A stretch of 64,000 nt of DNA from Octopus vulgaris (Eukaryota). Shown in pieces: positions 56,041 through 64,000 of this stretch (positions are counted from its first letter, which is position 1; the number at the start of each line of letters is the position of its first letter). Under the pieces are notes generated by a model. That model did not search any database and was not told where the DNA came from. It saw only the letters and a program-made list of their open reading frames with translations. A program made the position numbers and the translations under genes. The stretch is taken from the NCBI GenBank assembly GCA_951406725.2, contig OX597819.1, positions 22,754,001-22,818,000 of the forward strand, written 5' to 3'.

Positions 56041-56739
56041 ATCAATTACTCCTCCCCACCGGTTGTATTTACAGCTTGAGAAGACTGTTTAGTTTATCTC
56101 AACAGTGTTCCACGAATCGTCTATTTGAAATGGTTTGCCGACCAGGTCCGCTGAACATATTTCATCAACGTAGGTATTGTAATCAACAGCTGTGCAGTGG
56201 ATCATCCCCAGTTACTCAAAAAAAAAATCGGACTGTAGCACCGTAAATCCTCGAATGTAGTCCGCCCTTGAGTATAATACGCAGGTGATTTTTAATGGGG
56301 CTGTACCTCTGAAAAACCTAAACCTTGTGTATAATAAGCAACCCTTCTCTAACTTGAGTCAAGGAGGTCCATATTACGTCCTTGGTTTGTAAAAATATAT
56401 ACGGTAACGTCCTTTATTATTATTGTATATATAACATAGTGCAAACGTGTAGCTTTTTTGTGCATTTTGTTTGCAGAAAATAAAGAAATAACAGTAATAA
56501 CGTTTAATAAATGTTGCTTACTGCAAGTTATGGATGATTTTTTTATGACTTCATTGCTTTTAGGCTTAGCTTAAGGTATTTTCGCGCCTGATATCACAAA
56601 ATGCGTCTGAATAAACATTGCTGGACAGCAAATAGAGAATCGAACATTTCTTAGAAAATAATTTTCATTTTTAACCTCGTATATAGTACGCACTAGGGAT
56701 TTTGACCTTTAAATTTTGGGGGAAAAATGCGGATTACAC

Positions 56740-56960
56740 TCGAAGATTTACGGTAAGTTTCTTGACCCATGAAAGGAAAACCAGTACAGTCCTAAGAGGA
56801 AGTGGACCATCTTCGAACCATGCATCTTTTCTGACAGACACACACTTGTGGCATCCATTTCGGATATAACGCCAGTAAGTTTTCCCGCGAAGCGTCTCTT
56901 TGTACATAATAATTTTCTTTTCGGTATAACTTCCTTCTCTTGCCGCATTCTTTTCGGCTT
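56740..56960 (-). pseudogene. Probable Merlin transposase N-terminal fragment
   Basis: YWRYIRNGCHKCVSVRKDAWFEDGPLPL resembles the Merlin 'W.C....C....SIR.GSWFE.S.L' region; same strand as and upstream of the DDE fragment. Confidence 0.55.
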
Positions 56961-57512
56961 TTAATTTCTCCATCATACTCGAAATGTTAAGCAAGTTGAC
57001 TGCCGCTAGACTTCAATTTAGGTTGAAAAGGTCGAAGAAAACACACAGTTCAAAATTATGAAAATGAGGTTACTGGACGGGACAGCAACCGAAAATCTAC
57101 GTTTCTCAAAAAAGATAAAAATGACAAAAATGAAGCAATACAAACTTAAAAAAAAAAAAAATAGGCAAGTAAGGAAAATACACGTGGTAGTAGTAGTTTT
57201 AGGCAAACAACAGCTTGCTTTATTACCATGGCAACAGGTATCAGTGTATGTGTGGCTTTTGATTGGCTAAAATTACCCACAACTTTCAAACTTTAAAATG
57301 ATTAAATTTTTCAATTATTAATTTATGGCAAAAAATCAATTCCATTTCCATAATTAGCACATACAATAATACATCAGTACACCAAATTTGAATACAATTG
57401 GACCAATTGAAAATGTAAAAAATCGTGACAACGGGAGGAAAGACCCCATATATTCTATATATATAACATCTATTTGTCGCTATCTCTCTCCCCTCCCTCT
57501 GTCTGTCTGTCT

Positions 57513-57563
<51 letters not shown>

Positions 57564-57819
57564 AGGTTCTCTCCCACTAACAACAAACCAACCAAGCCAA
57601 ACCTCAATAGTAGTAAACCCCAACCACTGAACAGGAAGAAAAACTTGCAACTGTTGCGCATCTAAATTATGCCCTCTTGCAAGCTCTTCTCTGCACAAAA
57701 ATGTGATCTACAAGTGCCATGTTATAAGCCACGCTCTCACCACGCAAGGGTTTATATCGGCAGCATCGTGGGGTTCAAGCTGCCAAATCCTTCACAATTC
57801 TTCTGCTGAAAAGGTTCCA

Positions 57820-58375
57820 GACCATCCGTGATGTCCGTACCCGCCCTTCTCAGGGTGGCTTCCGTCCGGGAAGAGGGTGTGTCGATCAAATCTTCAACCT
57901 CCGGCGTGTTCTGGAACAACGGTGGACGTACCAGCAGCCTACTGTTCTATGCTTCATCGACTTCGCTGCTGCCTTTGATTCGGTAGATCGGGAGACCCTG
58001 TGGCGCATAAAACAGGCGGACGGTATCCCAGAGAAGATGCTCCGTCTCATACAAGGATACTACCGATCGACTCGAGCACGCGTCAGGGTCTATGGTGAGC
58101 AGACGGTGCCGTTTGATGTTGGGACAGGTGTGCGGCAGGGGTGCGCGCTGTTGCCAACCCTCTTCAACTACGCCATTGACTACGTTCTCAACACCGCGCT
58201 CCGGGACTACTGGGGCGTAGAAGTTGGGAGAGGAGTCGCGGTGACGGACCTGGCCTACGCGGACGACATCGTACTGATGGGTGCAAGCAGGGAGGATGTT
58301 CAAGCGGCTCTCGAAGGGGAGCAGCCGCGGTTGGTCTCCGAATCAATGCCGCCAAGTCGAAGGTGATGAGGTCGT
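57820..58375 (+). mobile_element. RTE-clade LINE RT fragment, GC-rich
   Basis: QGGFRPGRGCVDQIFNLRRVLEQ...FIDFAAAFDSVDR...GVRQGCALLPTLFN...LAYADDIVL. Confidence 0.9.
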
Positions 58376-58379
58376 TGGT

Positions 58380-58915
58380 TCCGACTTTGCCTTTCATCCT
58401 TTCGTGATCGATAAATTAAGTACCAGTTACGCACTGGGATCGATGTAATCGACTTAATACCTTTGTCTGTCCTTGTTTGCTCCCTCTATGTTTAGCCCCT
58501 TGTGGGCAATAAAGAAATAAGAAAAGTTGGCACGCCGGGCAAAATACTTAGCGGTATTTTGTCTGCCGTACGCTCTAAGTTCAAATACCGCCGAGGTCGA
58601 CTTTGCCTTTCATCCTTTCGGGGTCGATTAAATAAGTACCAGTTACGCACTGGGGTCGATGTAATCGACTTAATCTCTTTGTCTGACCTTGTTTGTACCT
58701 TCTGTGTTTAGCCCCTTGTAGGTAATAAAAAAATAAGTACCTAGCGTTATTTCGTCTGACTTTACGTTCTGAGTTCAAATTCCACCGAGGTCGACTTTGC
58801 CCTTCATCCTTTCGGGGTCGATAAATTAAGTACCAGTTGCGTACTGGGGTGGAGCTAATCGACTGGCTCCCTCCCCAAAAGTTTCGGGCCTTGTGCTCAG
58901 AGTAGAAAAGAATAT
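58380..58915 (+). mobile_element. Three tandem partial SINE family C units
   Basis: gactttgcc(t/c)ttcatcctttcg...gtcgat...aagtaccagtt starts at ~58383, ~58599 and ~58793. Confidence 0.8.
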
Positions 58916-58919
58916 TCTT

Positions 58920-59192
58920 GGGTCACTATCTTTATTCACAGTATCTTTGTATGATATATTTACGTCAATGCCAAGGTACTTGTAGCATTCTTTGTTTAGG
59001 ACAGATGAGATACATAGGCAATTGATGCACAGGTTTTGTGTTGGAGGAGAGGAGGATTTTCCCTGTTCAGCTTTTTCTTCTGGTCAACTTCCATTCCCAT
59101 GTCAGATGAAAATGGTGGTATCAATTCCAGCTGGGAATTTTTTTCTTTGGCATTGTTAACATTTTTAATATAAATATTAAGGTCATCCACAA
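58920..59192 (-). pseudogene. Decayed R4/Dong-like RT fragment
   Basis: VDDLNIYIKN...FSSDMGME...YKYLGI. Confidence 0.55.
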
Positions 59193-59588
59193 AAAAAGAA
59201 AAAAATAAGAATTATGCGATAAATTAAGATCTCTTGGAGATCCTAGCATGTGGCGGGGCCCCTTTTTTTTTCGTGGATTTAACACCAAAATGAACAGAAG
59301 TAAAGTGAGATTTTCCCTGGAATATACCCGTTGAAGTATTTATGGGGTCGGAGACGATCGTTTCACTCTCCGTTCTAAATCTGAGGATTGTGGCCAGGGT
59401 TTTGTGAGTCTCTCAATGGCAGGAATTAAGGTAGCAAGCAATTTTGACAAATGGTGACATTTCAGAAGCCATGTCTTAGCATGTATACATGTATGTAACT
59501 ATGCATGTATGTATGAGCGTCCAATAATACTATATTTGTTCCACGTCCTCGCGTTGTTGTGTTTTTTTGTGCTTTCTAGTTTGAATTA

Positions 59589-59624
<36 letters not shown>

Positions 59625-59628
<4 letters not shown>

Positions 59629-59862
59629 GGAGTAAACACATAAATGTGAAGCAAGGTGGAAAAAAGAGTACTCAAATACCAGTGGTAGAGTAATAAGCTT
59701 TATTTAAAGCAGCAGAAAATTCAACAAAACCTGTTACTCTGAGTTTCACGTTGACGTTCATCGGACAGTTTTTGCTAGAATCAAAAACTGTCCGATGAAC
59801 GGCAACGTGAAACTCAGAGTAACAGGTTTTGTTGAATTTTCTGCTGCTTTAAATAAAGCATA
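59625..59862. mobile_element. Fold-back pseudo-LTR module between (TA)n tracts with two opposed hammerheads
   Basis: ~59694-59773 is the reverse complement of ~59783-59860; HHR motifs at 59731-59768 (-) and 59788-59825 (+). Confidence 0.8.
59788..59825 (+). ncRNA. Minimal type-I hammerhead, CCGAUGA core
   Basis: CUGU-CCGAUGA-ACG-GCAA-CGU-GAAA-CUCAGAG-UA-ACAG. Confidence 0.7.
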
Positions 59863-59875
59863 TATATATATTTAT

Positions 59876-59933
<58 letters not shown>

Positions 59934-59939
59934 CTAGGC

Positions 59940-60007
<68 letters not shown>

Positions 60008-60008
<1 letters not shown>

Positions 60009-60445
60009 GCGTAGGAGTGGCTGTGTGGTAAGTAGTTTGCCTACTAACCACACGGTTCCGGGTTCAGTCTCACTGCGTGACACCTTGGGCAAGTGTATTC
60101 TACTATAGCCTCGGGCCGAACAAAGCCTTGTGAGTGGATTTGGTAGACGGAAATTGAAAGAAACCCGTCGTATATATGTATATATGTAAAAGCAGCAGAA
60201 ATATAACAAAAGCTGTTGTAACAGTTTTAACAAAACTGTCCGACGAACAGGGACGTGAAACTCTGAGTAACAGCTTTTGTTATATTTCTGCTGTTAAGTT
60301 ACGTTCCCGTAACTTAGCAGCTCGACAAAAGAGACCGATGGAATAAGTAGTAGGCTTACAAAGAATAAGCCCTGGGGTCGCTTTGCTCGACGAAAAGCGG
60401 TACTCCACCATGGCCGCAGTCAAATGACTGAAACGAGTAAAACAG
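60008..60445 (+). mobile_element. SINE family A interrupted by a hammerhead fold-back module at ~60188-60295
   Basis: SINE head 60008-60185 and tail 60298-60445; the insert contains CUGU-CCGACGA...GAAA-CUCUGAG-UA-ACAG at 60236-60273. Confidence 0.8.
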
Positions 60446-60655
60446 TATGTATGTATGTATGTATGTATGTATGTATGTATGTATGTATGTATGTATGTAT
60501 AAAACAACGTTTCAGCGTTTTATTTAATCCTTTTTCCTTATAAAGGGACTCAAATACTTTTGTCAACGTAACCTACATAGAAATATACAAATATATACGC
60601 CGACATTAACTTACAGCGTTTAAAATAGTTCGTCTGTAACAAATATTTAAATCAG

Positions 60656-60819
60656 ACGCAGGAGTGACTGTGTGGTAAGTAGCTTGCTAACCAACCACAT
60701 GATTCCAGGTTCAGTCCCACTGCGTGGCATCTTGGGCAAGTGTCTTCTGCCTTAGCCCCGGGCCGACCAATGCCTTGTGAGTGTATTTGGTAGATGGAAA
60801 CTGAAAGAAGCCTGTCGTA

Positions 60820-60890
<71 letters not shown>

Positions 60891-61111
60891 GTGTGTGTGT
60901 GTTTGTGTGTCTGTGTTTGTCCCCCTAGCATTGCTTGACGACCGATGCTGGTGTGTTTATGTCCCCGTCACTTAGCGTTTCGGCAAAATAGACCGATAGA
61001 ATAAGTACTGGGCTTACGAAGAATAAGTCCCGGGGTCGATTTGCTCGACTAAAGGCGGTGCTCCAGCATGGCCGCAGTCAAGTGACTAAAACAAGTAAAA
61101 GAGTAAAAGAG
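60656..61111 (+). mobile_element. SINE family A
   Basis: Full-length homology to the other copies. Confidence 0.9.
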
Positions 61112-61478
61112 ATATCTTAAACCATAACCGGAACTAATAAAGCAAGAGTTATTTCCCTTGTATAAAGACGGCCACCGGCTTAATGCAGTAACCAAGACAA
61201 CGTGTAAACATTGTCGTTCTGCAAAGCTATTTACAACTGCACAATAAATATAGTTCAAAAATAAATAAACAATAATAATGAATAAATAGATAAAATAGCA
61301 ACACATAAAAGTTCACACCATTTTCTGACATCTTTCTACTCTGACATATTTATGTAAAAATTATTTCATGGATTGCAATTTAACGGTGAGCACAACATTG
61401 GCAATGAGAGGGAAACCGCTGAGGAGGTAAGCAGCTTTAATGATACCGTAAATAGGCATTTAATCGTTTATGGATGCT

Positions 61479-61527
<49 letters not shown>

Positions 61528-61531
<4 letters not shown>

Positions 61532-61571
61532 AGTTACATTATAGCTATTTATATATCCAGTTACATAATAG

Positions 61572-61613
<42 letters not shown>

Positions 61614-61690
61614 AGTTACATTATAGCTATTTATATATATATATATATCCAGTTACATTATAGCTATTTATATATCCAGTTACATAATAG

Positions 61691-61722
<32 letters not shown>

Positions 61723-61781
61723 CCAGTTACATTATAGCTATTTATATATATATATATATCCAGTTACATTATAGCTATTTA
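61528..61781. repeat. Minisatellite: 7 x tccagttacat(t/a)atagctattta separated by variable (TA)n
   Basis: Read directly from the sequence. Confidence 0.85.
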
Positions 61782-61820
61782 ACATTTTGTGTCGAGAATG
61801 AAGTACAGCAATGAGTTAAA

Positions 61821-62072
61821 TGGCATTCCTTCGATATAACTCGACAAAATCAAAACATTTGACCGGGTATTTTTGACCGGGTATTTCCGTGGGTTGTGGA
61901 ATTACGCCAGCAATGTCTCATTTTAAACTTGCGAAAAAAAAAAAAATGGCTTGCATATTTGTTCTTACCAGTTTCATGTGTGTATGTAAAATCCGTCATT
62001 TGCTTCTTACGCTTTATTTATACCCGAAGTGAAAATGTTTTGATTTTGTCGAGTTATATCGAAAGAATGCCA
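61821..62072. repeat. ~250-bp segment with 40-bp inverted termini (MITE-like)
   Basis: tggcattccttcgatataactcgacaaaatcaaaacattt vs aaatgttttgattttgtcgagttatatcgaaagaatgcca. Confidence 0.65.
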
Positions 62073-62421
62073 GTTCAATTATTTTTGAAAAAGAAATATT
62101 TGAGCGACCGTTGGTGGAATGCTATTGTGTGTGCTTATTTTGTAACGTGTTCTACGGTATGGCTTTTGTGGGTAATTTGACGTCCGGAGCAAGCCGCAGA
62201 GATCGAAAGTGAAAGGATCTTATATTTCAGCAGGGGAAATTCAATTAACAAATCATGTGTGTGTCTGTGTGTGTGTGTGTGTGTGTGTGCCTTCGAAATT
62301 GCTCTTAAATGTGGTTTTTGTCGTTTTGACTGCATCTTTTAGCATGTAAAACTACATGATAAAGGTAGTTTCTCTTATGTTTAAATGTACACTATTTTAT
62401 ATTGAGTATATATATATATAT

Positions 62422-63285
62422 GTAAATGGTGGGGGTGCGTGGGGTTCGCACAATTAGGTTGGATGTGGAGATGAGGTCGTGGACAGTAGAGGATACCGTC
62501 TGTTGGTAGCTACGTGTGGGGTTAGAGGACAGAGGGGAGTAGAAGGAGGTGTCATTGAGTTGGCGGAGAGCCTCGGCCCTGTAGAGGTCCGCGCGCCACA
62601 CCACTACAGCCCCACCCTTGTCAGCCGGTTTGATGATAATGTCAGCGCGCCGTTGGAGGGAATGAAGAGCCGAGAGCTCGGCCGGGGAGATGTTGAGGCG
62701 GCGGTGGTGCCTGGAGAAGTTGAACCGCTCCAACGCACGCTGACAGGCGCCCGCGAAAAGATCAACTGCTAGGAACTGGCCGGGGGCAGGCGTCCACGGG
62801 GATGGTCGGTGGCCCAGGTCAGTGAAGCAGTCCTCATCGTTGGATGCGGGTGGTGAGTCGCGGAAAAACGCACCCAATCGGACGCAGCGCACAAAGCTGT
62901 GGACATCAGCTCGCGTCTGGAATTCCTTACAGGATGGAGTGAGGGGGATGAAACGCAGAACCCTACTAAGGACGGAGCGTTCCGCCGCAGAGAGGGGAAG
63001 ATCAGGGGGAATGGTAACAACAGACGGAAGTGGAGTTGGGTGGAATAGAAGTACAAGGGGTGGATGGAATGGGAGTAGGAGTAGGAGGGGTGGTAGGGCT
63101 GGTGGAGGTGTGAGGGGGAGGGATTGGGGAGGTGTGTGGGGGGTTGTTGGGAGGGACAGTGGGGTTAGGTGTGGGTGGGTGGAGCCTATCAGGAGGGGAG
63201 AAGGGTAGTGGGGTCGGGTGTGGTGGAATAGAGGAGTGATTGGAGTTTACGAAGTTTGGTATTGGAAAGAAATTGATGGAAGAGG
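62422..63285 (-). mobile_element. Penelope-like element ORF N-terminal and RT-entry fragment, GC-rich
   Basis: LPLSAAERSVLSR...WTPAPG...NISPAELSALHSLQRRADIIIKPADKGGAVVVW...LRQLNDTSFYSPLSSNPT...PRTPTIY, cut off at a (TA)n tract. Confidence 0.88.
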
Positions 63286-63491
63286 TATGTATGTATGTAT
63301 GTATGTATGCATGTATGTATGTATGAATGTATGCATATATATACGCACACACACACGCACAACATATACATGAGCACATGCACATTCGTACACAAGGTTT
63401 TCACGGTAATGTTTACATAAATATCCAGGAGTTGCTTCCCTTGTGGCGGTATTTCCCTTTTACGTTTCTAATTTTTAGTGTGCATTTGTGA

Positions 63492-63537
<46 letters not shown>

Positions 63538-63621
63538 GCACGCACACACACACACACACACGTACATACATATAAATATATAAACATTCATGCATACATA
63601 CAGACAAATACACACGTACAA

Positions 63622-63653
<32 letters not shown>

Positions 63654-63749
63654 TGAGAGACAGAGATTAAGATAAATACATATATATAGATATATATATA
63701 TGCATATATATAGAGATATTTAGATAGAGAGATAGATCGATAGATAGAC

Positions 63750-63826
<77 letters not shown>

Positions 63827-63892
63827 TACATATATATGGTATGGCCGTTGGTATGGTCGTGAAATAGTATTATAACTTAAATAACTTAGATT

Positions 63893-63995
63893 GTGTTGTG
63901 TCTGGGGAGAGTCATTTTCTTTTTGTTCCTTATATTTTACCTGTGAGTGTGTTAAATTATAAGGCACATAAAAGAAAATGACTCTCCCCAGACAT
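63893..63995. repeat. Short fold-back of the pseudo-LTR family seen at 14365-15686
   Basis: tgtctggggagagtcattttctttt ... aaaagaaaatgactctccccagaca. Confidence 0.75.
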
Positions 63996-64000
63996 ATAAA

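Noticed and set aside
61528-61781. CRISPR-like repeat-spacer appearance
   Set aside because: Spacers are only (TA)n of unequal length, there are no cas genes, and the context is eukaryotic.

Overview
AT-rich, microsatellite-saturated eukaryotic non-coding DNA. The SINE families and the TA/CA/TACA/TAGA/TAA microsatellite load resemble octopus/coleoid cephalopod genomes; this is recognition, not a database result. I can support no host protein-coding exon: nearly all listed ORFs are microsatellite translations or transposon remnants. Contents: (i) R4/Dong-type REL-endonuclease LINEs, mostly in (TAA)n tracts, including a ~3.9 kb near-complete copy; (ii) CR1-group and RTE LINE fragments; (iii) Penelope-like element (PLE) RT and GIY-YIG fragments; (iv) three tRNA-derived SINE families; (v) non-autonomous Helitrons; (vi) mariner, Tc1 and Merlin relics; (vii) a 558-bp non-coding element found in (TAA)n tracts. 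The main hidden signal is a set of about 15-20 minimal type-I hammerhead ribozyme (HHR) motifs from roughly ten unrelated sequence families. Most lie in short inverted-repeat (fold-back) modules next to (TA)n tracts. Several carry core variants that recur between copies (CCGANGA, CUGUYGA), and one pair shows compensatory stem changes. I interpret them as PLE pseudo-LTRs and possibly non-autonomous palindromic ribozyme elements. All structures were folded by eye, and coordinates of degenerate elements are approximate.
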